Below, piece after piece: positions 54,010 to 64,000 of a stretch of DNA of 64,000 nt (positions within the stretch are counted from its first letter, which is position 1; each line of letters starts with the position of its first letter). The position numbers were made by a program, and so were the translations under genes. The notes below the pieces were generated by a model that was not told where the DNA came from, did no database searches, and saw only the letters and a program-made list of their open reading frames with translations. Source of the stretch: Octopus sinensis (taxonomy: Eukaryota); assembly GCF_006345805.1 (NCBI RefSeq), contig NC_043005.1, positions 41,540,001 through 41,604,000 on the forward strand, written 5' to 3'.

Positions 54010-54698
54010 AGAGTGAAACGACTTTGGCCTTCTTCGCAGCAGGTGAGGACAGGTGTTTTCCACTGTATATGGGTTGGTTCAAAGTGATGAAGTCAACACT
54101 CATCCTGGGCTAGGAAACGTTCAATGTCAGATTTTCCTTCATATGCTCAGCCTGATGCGTCTTTGATCATGAGTCAAAAGTCGTGGCAACCGTCAATCAG
54201 AAACCCCGATCAGGCTAAGTTCATTGTACACAATAGACTCAAGTATTCCACCAAATATTCTAACGGCTTTGGCTATATGATTTATAGGTAATCGCCTGAC
54301 ATCCATCACCATATGGTGAACATGATGAATGTTTTTCTTGGGTTTAGCAGTTGTCCAGACCATGAGTCATTTTCAAGACACTCCCTTCTCCTCTTAAGTT
54401 CATCTTCCCATTTATGCACTGTTGATAACGTAACCATGTCAGCATGAATATCATTTGGGGCTAAACCGTTTTTCTGCAGGTATCTGATAACACCACGATG
54501 CCAAATTTTCTCCATTTTTCAAGAGAAGTCGTTATCAGTTACTTTTGGAATCTTCTTTGAACAATCAGATGTCTGCTTAACTCGAAGGAAACAATGTAGT
54601 AATTTACAAGTAGAGTTGAAAATAATGCATGTAAAATTTCACAGCTCTAGTATCACTCCTTCAAAGCCAGCTTATAAGCTCTTCAGCCCACCTTCGTA
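54010..54698 (-). mobile_element. Mariner element 5' portion (TIR plus N-terminal HTH)
   Basis: TIR ta-cgaaggtgggctgaagag; MEKIWHRGVIRYLQKNGLAPNDIHADMV..STVHKW..LKRRRECLEND..SG; LPRLLT (WVPRLL motif); SSPAAKKAKVV. Confidence 0.88.
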
Positions 54699-55096
54699 TA
54701 TTAAAAGGGTCTGGACCCCGTAAAAGGCAACCAAATGTCCCATTTTCACCACATGGAATTTAACCAGACACATGCAGACACACATATATTATATAGTATA
54801 TAAAATATGCGTACGTGTCCACACGCGTGCACACGCACACTTATTTCTTTGTGTATATGAGCGTATGTATTTGGGTTCAAGGTTTTGTGTAATAATTTAC
54901 TTGAATCAAAATTGCTTACTGGATGTTAAAGATTTCTTTAAATATTTCATTTATTAATGGTGTCTATTTAACCATCTCTGGTCGATTATTCATTGAATAG
55001 TAAAAGCACGGTGTATTAATCAATATTAACTAATTTTCTAATCTTCTTCTTCTTAGTAATAATATCTTATTTTATTTATATTTGTGAGTATATATA

Positions 55097-55177
<81 letters not shown>

Positions 55178-57644
55178 GACCATATATATATATTTGTATA
55201 TAATTATATATAGGGTTTTACATATATCACACATACAAACACATGAACATGATAGTACAGACACACGCACATAGACACACACGCATGAGCGCGCACACAC
55301 ACACACACACAGACTCTACACACACAGTAGCACATCTATTTTTTCTGTGTGTTTAAAAACAAAGCGTTTAATAGAGAGTAATCGAAATGAAGGACATACT
55401 ATTGAAGCAGGTGTCGTATTTTAACAGTCCATTGATAAGAAAAAAATCTGTTCTAGATGATAAATAATTCATAAACTGGCTTGACCATGAACAAATTTAT
55501 GTGGAAAAGTGCTGAGCTAAATGAAGCAGTAGATCCGAATAACAAAACAGATACATTGAACCAATGCAACGATTGAACGTAACCGATTATGATAATGATG
55601 TCTTATTTATAGAAAAAAAAATCTTCAATATTAGAGTGAGTATAAATGAATGGAAGTTTATCTAAATGAATTAATGATTATAGATTTCTATCGACACAGA
55701 GTGTAAGCCAATAAGTAATTAACATAGTTGTCCTTTTGAATATCAATATGGGACACTGATATGTTCATGCCCTTTCTCGTATTTTTGACTCCTATTTATG
55801 CACTAATATCTACACCATTCATCTAATGTGTATAAGAACTACTCTAAATTATAGACGTTCTACTACACTGTATTAGTCACTTCATGTGTAACTAGTGCTA
55901 AGCAACTGTATATAGTTGTTATATACACGTTAGCTTTAATAACTCCACGCTCTGACGAAGAAAGTATCAGACTAACTTTCTCTTTGATTGGTCTTATGCC
56001 ACTGCTGGGAAAGCTTTCATGTTATTGATTTTATAATTTTATAAAGAGTAGGAATGAGAAATTGTCTTGTGATACATATCCAATCTTATTAAGAACAAAC
56101 GCGAATTCATACAGATCAATCTGCCGATAGAAACCTATTCCTTGACTAAGTTTGTTTAGAAATATTCGGATACACGGTTCATCTAGAAATGGTTATATAA
56201 TATAAGCTCTAATATAATATAGAGAAAAGTGAACAAATTCGATAAAGAGGATATTTGCATTTAAAATATTCCTGTGTTTAATAGATTATAAACACGTCTA
56301 ATATTTTGATGAAAAATATCACACTTCACATTTTTGGTGAATAAGAGGAGAAAGGTATTTCCCATAAGCTTCGAAGTCCTAAATCTTGATGTCGGTATAT
56401 CATTCCTGTAAGATTGTAGGGAAAACGTGTCCTAAGAGAACATCTGAGCCTTGAAGGTTAGTTTTTAGCAAAGTGTCTAATTCAAGGTTTAGTGAGAGGG
56501 AGACATAATGAGAAATGGTTGAGCTGATTATCGGGTATTTTTAAGTGAAAATATTTTGTATAAAACGCGAATGAAGGTTTTGTTGGTGTCAATAATTGCT
56601 GTCATTAAAGTTTTAAATAAGGAGAGGTACTTGGGAACTGGTATATGAATGCGGTCATTAAGTTGCTGTTGGCATTTACGGCTATAGAGACACGGTGCTG
56701 ACTTACAGCTTTGGGACATTGAAAGCAAGGGAAATCGGCGGATACAAATAGACCCTTTTGTTGTTGGATGAAGCACGATGTCACATAAAGCAAAGAATTA
56801 AACGAATCGTTAGAGCGTCGGATATATTGCCTTCAAGTCGACATGCTGACTACGTTATGAATTTAAATACTGCTGAGCACGACTTTACATTGCATTTTTG
56901 GGGTCGATAAATATAGATAAATAAAGATAGCATAATTTACGAGTCATCCATACATCAGTGTAAGTTATCAAAAACCTTAAGTTTTATTTTTTAAAGTCTT
57001 TAGCGTACATAGATACATAGATATTACTGCGCGGCGACGCACGCCAGTGGGGTATATTGTGATGACATGACAGGCGTCAAATCTAAGGGCAAGAAAGAGA
57101 TCAAATATATCTAGACAGACAACGTGATGATCAATGATGAACTGATACAGATAATTCTGGATGGCAATATTTTCATACGCTGACAGCACGATCTGTATGG
57201 CCCTTTCTTTTGAGCTGAAGTTAACGAGAGTAACGTGATGCAGATGTTTCTGAGATTCCAAAAGTTGTTCACTGTCTTTTATGTGTTGAACGATAACAAA
57301 ACAACTAGTATTTGAAGAAAGCTGGAGGCCAACAGAAATAACTCATGACCTTATAGAAAGATGGATTTTTGGTAATGGAACCGAGAAGTCTATATTGCCA
57401 CCGCTCAAGAGACAAGAAAAGGTCTATTGAGGTGAGCGAACTCCCGGCACCATATTTTTGATAATAACTGTAGAACATTCCTTGGTCAGTAAGACAACAA
57501 TTAGAAATTAAAGATTTGTATTACACAGTCGAACGAGATATCTAGTCTTCTAGAAAGCAGTAGCTTATAAGTGTAGACTAAATTCCAGGGATAGTCATGA
57601 ATTGAAGAATACACTGAATTAATCTCCAGCTTAAAGAGTAGCCA

Positions 57645-57695
<51 letters not shown>

Positions 57696-57696
57696 G

Positions 57697-57919
57697 TAAA
57701 AAAAGTCAAGATAGAAAATGCTAAAATAATTTTATAAAACACATTTCACTATCGGTTTCAGTCATTGAGACTTTCTCAACTGTAAGTATGGAAAACAATT
57801 AAATTTGAGAAAAATTAAAAGAAAAGATTTTTTAAAAGAATATTTGCATAGTGTTCAAATATAAGTGGCATTTTCTTTGTTTCTGCCTGTATCTGTCTCT
57901 CTTGTTTACTCCTGTGGGT

Positions 57920-57920
<1 letters not shown>
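57697..57920 (-). mobile_element. Short microsatellite-flanked AT-rich element with a degenerate hammerhead-like skeleton
   Basis: Minus strand cag-TTGAGAA-agtc-tcaat-gact-GAAA-ccga-TA at about 57746-57786; sits between (CA)n(TA)n and (TA)n. Confidence 0.3.
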
Positions 57921-57995
<75 letters not shown>

Positions 57996-57996
57996 T

Positions 57997-58360
57997 CACT
58001 CTTTTACTCTTTTACTTGTTTCAGTCATTTGACTGCGGCCATGCTGGAGCACCACCTTTTAGTACTTATTCTATCGGTCTCTTTTTGCCGAACCGCTAGG
58101 TGACGGGGACCTAAACACACCAGCATCGGTTGTCAAGCAATGCTAGGGGGACAAACACAGACACACAAACACACGCATACATATATATATACATATATAC
58201 GACAGGCTTCTTTCAGTTTCCGTCTACCAAATCCACTCACAAAGCATTGGTCGGCCCGGGGCTATAGCAGAAGACACTTTCCCAAGATGCCACGCAGTGG
58301 GACTGAACCCGCAACCGTGTGGTTGGTTAGCAAGCTACTTACCACACAGCCACTCCTGCG

Positions 58361-58362
<2 letters not shown>
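57997..58362 (-). mobile_element. SINE family B (short internal deletion)
   Basis: Intact head reverse complement accacacagccactcctgcgcc at 58341-58362; lacks the gtcga..tcgacccc segment. Confidence 0.92.
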
Positions 58363-58423
<61 letters not shown>

Positions 58424-58426
<3 letters not shown>

Positions 58427-60599
58427 CAGAAAGGATCTGTCTTCCATCGACTGGTCTTTTACTCTCAATTCCCCTCATATTGAGACCGCGTGGCAGCACT
58501 TTGAAGCCATTGTCACCGACACATGCTCTAAACACGCTCCCAAGAAATCTACTAACACAAACAGAAACCGGCTCCCTAAAAAGAAAAAAACACTCATCAG
58601 GCGCATCAAAAGACTCAACAAAAAAATCAACCAATTAAAATATTCCCACACGCAACATCCACATTCAACAACAATGAAAAGACTAGAGCTGGAAAAACTT
58701 CATCTGCAGACTAACATGAAAACCTCCATTGAAAATCAAAGAGCTGTGGAGGAACAATGGGTAATCAAAAACATCAAACAGAACCCAAAAGTGTTCTATT
58801 CTTATGCAAATAAGCATAGAACCACTGTCTCACCTATTGGGCCATTGATTGATGAAAACGGCATTCCCCAACACGATGCTAAAGAAATGGCAGAAATACT
58901 GCAGAAACAATATTGCTCTGTCTTCAGTGTTCCCACTGATATTGATGTGAGGGAAACGAACGAAGCTGACTCCCAACACAAAATCGCAGACATAACCTTC
59001 ACTGCCACCGACATCGTAGCAGCAATAAATGAGGTCAAACATTACTCTGCTGTAGGCCCTGATAGATTTCCCGCCAGTCTCCTGAAGGAATGTAGATATC
59101 AACTTGCAGTCCCTCTGACCAACCTCTGGAGAAACTCGTTAGACGCAGGTTATATACCGAAAAAGTTTCTATCCCAGTCGGTCATCCCGGTTTTCAAACA
59201 GGGAAACAGATCCCTCGCAGTCAACTATCACCCAATCTCACTCACCTCCCACATCATTAAAGTGTTTGAAAGAGTGTTAAGATCAAGGATAGCTGACTTC
59301 CTGGAGACCCACAAACTCCTAAATTCAAATCAGCATGGCTTTCGCTGTGGCAGGGACTGTCTAACACAGCTCTTACACCACATTGAAGATGTACTCAAAG
59401 CCTTGGGAACAGGTTCGAACTCTGACGTCATATACCTTGACTTCAGTAAAGCGTTCGACAGGGTAGACCATAACATCCTACTCTCAAAATTGGCAAATGT
59501 TGGAATCCGTGGAAAAGTTCTACACTGGATTCAGTATTTCCTAGCGAATAGAACACAACATGTTGTAGTTGATGGAGTCCACTCAAACCCAGCAAAAGTC
59601 ACCAGCGGTGTTCCCCAGGGAACTGTTTTGGGTCCGCTACTCTTCATAATTTATGTAAACGACCTTTCCAGTGTCGTACATCACTGCAAAGTGAAAATAT
59701 TCGCTGATGACACTAAGCTCCAGCAAATCGTCAATGAAGAAGCAGACCGAACTCAACTCCAGTCTGACCTATATGCTGCGAGTCAATGGGCAGACAGAAA
59801 CAAAATGCAACTGAATGAGGGAAAATTTGAGCTGATGCATTTTGGAAGAAATTCCTCACTAAAACAACCATACTCTCTTCCTTCAGGGGAACCGCTCACA
59901 GCCTCTAACAATATCAGAGACCTGGGTGTAATTGTTGATGACGATCTCAGTTGGAGTGCACACATCAAGGTCGATACAGCTCGTAGGATGAGTTCCTGGA
60001 TCTTAAGAACTTTCCGGTTCAGAGAACAAGGTGTCATCATACCACTTTTTTCATCCTTTGTACGGCCACACCTTGAATACTGCTGTCCACTGTGGTCTCC
60101 TCACACAAGACAAAACATCTCCAGAATTGAGTCACCCCAGAGGGCTCTCACTAAACAAATTGAAGGCATGGCTGCTCTCGACTATTGGGATCGCCTTAAA
60201 GCCTTGAAACTTTACTCCCTCCAGCGTCGCCGTGAGCGGTACATCATTTGTACGATGTGGAAAATATACCGCCAACTTTGCCCAAATGACCTAAACATTA
60301 GCTTCAAGGTTCATCCGAGACTTGGACCACGGGCTATACGTCCCCTGCCAAATTCAAGATCACAACATACATGTACACTGCAACATAATTTCTTTTCCTC
60401 AACAGGCCCTGCCCTATTTAACATTGTCCCGAGGGAGATCAAAGAGGAAAAGGATCCCATCAACTTCAAACAGAGTCTGGATAGACTCCTTCAAAGAATA
60501 CCAGATAAGCCACCCATAATTGGATACAACTCACCCAACAAGAACTCACTACTTGAACAAAACTGGATACAACTCACCCAACAAGAACTCACTACTTGA
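58424..60599 (+). CDS. LINE ORF2 reverse transcriptase region (endonuclease domain missing, no own start codon)
   Basis: NYHPISLTSHIIKVFERV, QHGFR, YLDFSKAFDRVDH, SGVPQGTVLGPLLFIIYVNDL, IFADDTKL, RDLGV, RPHLEYCCPLWSP, LYSLQRRRERY. Confidence 0.9.
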
Positions 60600-60606
60600 A
60601 CAAAAC
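60521..60606 (+). repeat. Perfect 43-bp tandem duplication at the LINE ORF end
   Basis: tggatacaactcacccaacaagaactcactacttgaacaaaac twice (60521-60563 and 60564-60606). Confidence 0.95.
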
Positions 60607-60722
60607 TTGACTTAAACAGGATTCGAATAATCCTATCAGGTGGTGCTATTAAGTTAGACATGGCCTGGACCAATCTCTGGTCGAAACATATCTAAGTTTT
60701 ATCTAAGTTTTATATATATATA

Positions 60723-60760
<38 letters not shown>

Positions 60761-61724
60761 TTATATATATATATACTTTGGTACAGTCTAGCAATAATTA
60801 ATTCTACTTAATGGATTGAGAAAAGTTGATGGCGTGAGCATGTTAAAGTTTTTGTGGTATTTTCAAACCGGAATTCTCGTTCAAATACTTGCACAACAGC
60901 GGCCTCAAGTAAAGTCAATAAACTCTGGAGTCCGATAAAGCTAATAACAATAAATCAGAAACAATAAATCAAGCAGACAATTAACGTTAAATAAATTCTA
61001 TCTTAACCATTCACGGCAATTAGATTTAGTATTTCAGAAACGCTTCTCTAGTAAAGGTTTAAATTTTAAGGCATGTAGCTTAACTCATTTAAATATAGAA
61101 ATTTTACCTATCTAAATACTATTGGTACTGTCAGTATTAAATTGCCTGTAATTCTGTATACTTTTTATAAATTTCAGTTATAAAACAAAACAATTCAATT
61201 TTATTGAAAATCCTTAAATTTAGCGGGCAAGATATCTTTCTGAAGCGGCTTCATTTAGAAGGTGTTTTATTTGTTATCTAGAAATTGTTTTGCAGCATTT
61301 TTAATCGATTTCCCTGGAATTAAGTTTTTCGATGATGCTAATGAAAACATTAATGGTGATGATGATGATTTATGTAAGCAAGGAAATAATATCATGAAAG
61401 TGAAACTACAGAACGACAGTACCAAAGATAAAAGTTACTCAATCAGTCCGCAACTTTGACTCCTGTGACTGCAAATATTGTTTGCATGCTAAAAGATGTT
61501 TTACTCGAATCAATCTTCTTTATGACCAGCTCTGAATAAGTTAATAACGCATTGCATTAATTCGGTGAAGAGAAGGCTCAGAGCTGATATAACACTTGTA
61601 TTAATCTCAAACAAGAAAGTGCTTTGAATATAAAGTTCAAAATGCGTTATCGATGTTTTTTTTAAACATTACCCCAAAATATATTATTTGGTATATACAC
61701 ACATACATACATACATACATATAT

Positions 61725-61779
<55 letters not shown>

Positions 61780-61881
61780 TATATATACATATATATACCT
61801 CTACACTCACCTACAAAGATATACACACAAACACACAGGCACGGACACACACGCACACGCATATGTATATGTATATATATA

Positions 61882-62030
61882 GCGCAGGAGTGGCTGTGTG
61901 ATAAGTAGCTTGCTTACCAACCACGTAGTTCAGGGTTCAGTCACACTGCGTGTCTTTTACTATAACCTCGGACCGACCAAAGCCTTGTGAGTGAATTTAG
62001 TAGATGGAAACTGAAAGAAGCCCGTCGTGC

Positions 62031-62063
<33 letters not shown>

Positions 62064-62140
62064 TGTATGTATGTATGTATGTATGTGTGTATATGTTTGT
62101 ATGTCCTGTGTTTGTCCTCCCATTTGAAACCAGCATTTGT
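61882..62140 (+). mobile_element. SINE family B, 5' half with internal (TATG)n
   Basis: gcgcaggagtggctgtgtgataagtagcttgcttaccaaccac...ggaaactgaaagaagcccgtcg. Confidence 0.88.
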
Positions 62141-62154
62141 ATGTTCAAAAGATA

Positions 62155-62346
62155 GTGATCTAGCAGAATCGTTAGCGAGCCAGGTAAAATATCTTGCAGC
62201 ATATCATCCGTTTCCACGTTCAAATTTGGCCGAGGTCCACTTTGACTTTAATAATTTAGGGTCCGATAAAATGAGCACTGGGGTTGATATAATCGGCTTA
62301 CATCCCTCCCCCGAAATCGCTGGCTTTTGTACCAAAATTTGAAAGC
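62155..62346 (+). mobile_element. SINE family A (diverged)
   Basis: agcagaatcgttagcgagccagg...ccgaggtccactttgac...actggggttgatataatcggct...cttttgtaccaaaatttgaaa. Confidence 0.75.
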
Positions 62347-62595
62347 AATATTTTTAAATGTTGCCCAAGTTGTCTACAGTTTGAGCAATTGTAACTTTGC
62401 GGAGACTTGTTAGACTACATGCGGTTCATTCTGTCAAATATATATTTCGATGTAAAGTCCTTCTTAGATTTCTGCGTCATTGTTCCTCGACTTATAATGC
62501 GCAATACCATGGTGCATTTGATGTAGGGTTGTGCATTTTATTTGATCTTACATTTAGCACTACTTACACATATTAACGTCGTAGTCCTTCAATAT

Positions 62596-62982
62596 GTGGA
62601 AGCACTCCGTCGGTTACGACGATGAGGGTTCCGGTTGATCCGAATCAACGGAACAGCCTGCTCGTGAAATTAACGTGTAAGTGGCTGAGCACTCCACAGA
62701 CACGTGCACCCTTAACGTAGTTCTCGGGGATATTCAGCGTGACACAGAGAGTGACAAGGCCGGCCCCTTGAAATACAGGTACAACAGAAACAGGAGGTAA
62801 GAGTGAGAGAAAGTTGTGGTGAAAGAATACAGCAGGGATCACCACCATCCCCTGCCGGAGCATCGTGGAGCTTTTAGGTGTTTTCGCTCAATAAACACTC
62901 ACAACGCCCGGTCTGGGAATCGAAACCGCGATCATATGACCGCGAGTCCGCTGCCATAACCACTGGGCCATTGCGCCTCCAC
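62596..62982 (-). mobile_element. SINE family C variant, full length, tRNA-derived head
   Basis: Minus-strand head ggaggcgcaatggcccagtggttatggcagcggactcgcggtc..gcggtttcgattcc; 3' half shared with the 10805 and 50367 copies; imperfect TSD ccttc(a/t)atat. Confidence 0.88.
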
Positions 62983-63074
62983 CCTTCTATATAGAGACTT
63001 ATTGAATATTGATGTATGGGGGTTTCTATATTCGATTTAGCGGTTTAGATATGTCATTATATTACAATACATAA

Positions 63075-63467
63075 GGCGGAGAGCTGGCAGAATCGTTAGC
63101 ACGCCGGGCGAAATGCTTAGCGGTATTTCGTCTGCCGCTACGTTCTGAGTTCAAATTCCGCCGAGGTCGACGTTGCCTTTTATCCTTTCGAGGTCGATTA
63201 AATAAGTACCAGTTACGCACTGGGGTCGATATAATCGACTTAATCCGTTTGTCTGTCCTTGTTTGTCCTCTGTGTGTTTAGCCCCTTGTGGGTAGTAAAG
63301 AAATAGTTATTTCGTCCGTCTTTACGTTCTGAGTTCAAATTCCGCTGAGGTTTTTCATCCTCTCGGGGTCGATAAAATAAGTACCAGTTGGGCACTGGGA
63401 TCGATGTAATCGACTATTTCTCTCCTCCAAATTTCAGACCTTGTGTCTATAAGTAGAAAGTATTGTT
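63075..63467 (+). mobile_element. SINE family A, long form, with 14-bp TSD
   Basis: Same duplicated layout as 4784-5190; TSD ttacaatacataag at 63062-63075 and 63468-63481. Confidence 0.92.
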
Positions 63468-64000
63468 TTACAATACATAAGTTACAAGTCTTAGACCAAT
63501 AAAATTGCTTCGGAAAGATTAAATCACCTGAAAGACTTTTTGATAAAATTGAAATATTACTACGCAAAAGCAAAATTTAGTTCACGTTTCCCATAACTAC
63601 TAACATGGTTACAAAAACAAACAACCAGAATACATTCTTGATAGCAGAATGCGCAATACTTTTATAATCACCTTCTTTGTATCCACTTTTAATAGAAATT
63701 GATTCATTAAAATATTTTGAGTTTCGGTTTAGGATTTAAAAAATTACGATGGGTTGTCCAAATTTCGTTAAGATTGTACAACACAGGAATCGCCCACTTA
63801 TAAATATTCATTTATCTCTCAAACACGTGAAAGCGTCAATATATATAATTTGTTCCACTGAGAAGCATCTATCAATACTAGATTAACTTAAAGCTCTCCA
63901 GGACTGAGCCTCTCTTAGATAATACTTATAAGAGGATTTGAACTGAATACTTCAAATGAAAGCAATGTTTAGCCACCATACAATCTTGGTTTAATATAAA

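Larger units (their letters stand above)
58424..60711 (+). mobile_element. Young 5'-truncated CR1/L2-group LINE inserted in (TA)n
   Basis: Stop-free RT frame; 3' stem-loop gacca-atctc-tggtc (60668-60682); tail (atctaagtttt)x2; (TA)n on both sides. Confidence 0.95.

Noticed and set aside
56687-56772. WD40-like peptide LQLWDIESK
   Set aside because: The frame is short, there is no suitable GT donor and no other WD repeats lie nearby; probably chance.
57020-57280. Coding-like composition, possibly a pseudogene
   Set aside because: Several in-frame stops and no motif I could assign.
58140-58423. N-terminal part of the 819-aa ORF as genuine LINE protein
   Set aside because: It is antisense SINE family B plus (TA)n; LINE homology begins at about 58424.
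62905-62982. tRNA gene
   Set aside because: The tRNA-like sequence continues into a repeated SINE body with a TSD and lacks a proper acceptor stem, so it is a SINE head. The same applies at 50367, 58300 and 61882.

Overview
AT-rich, microsatellite-dense eukaryotic DNA that looks like an Octopus (coleoid cephalopod) intron or intergenic region. The organism call is an inference from recognisable SINE families, (TTAGGG)n-type repeats and base composition. I found no host gene with confidence; most ORF-track entries are translations of microsatellites or SINEs. The window is a transposon mosaic: about 25 copies of three tRNA-type SINE families (several with clear TSDs), one young 5'-truncated CR1/L2-like LINE with a stop-free ~725-codon RT frame sitting in a (TA)n tract, remnants of CR1/Jockey, RTE, R4/Dong and Penelope retroelements, several Tc1/mariner/pogo fragments, MITEs and a non-autonomous Helitron. 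The most unusual signals are: (i) short microsatellite-embedded repeats with a minimal hammerhead-ribozyme skeleton, (ii) an interstitial telomeric array bracketed by 25-bp inverted repeats, (iii) a Helitron nested exactly in a Tc1/mariner TIR, (iv) several long fold-back hairpins, and (v) a promoter-like motif cluster with an RFX X-box next to a possible signal-peptide exon. All coordinates were read by eye and may be off by a few bases.
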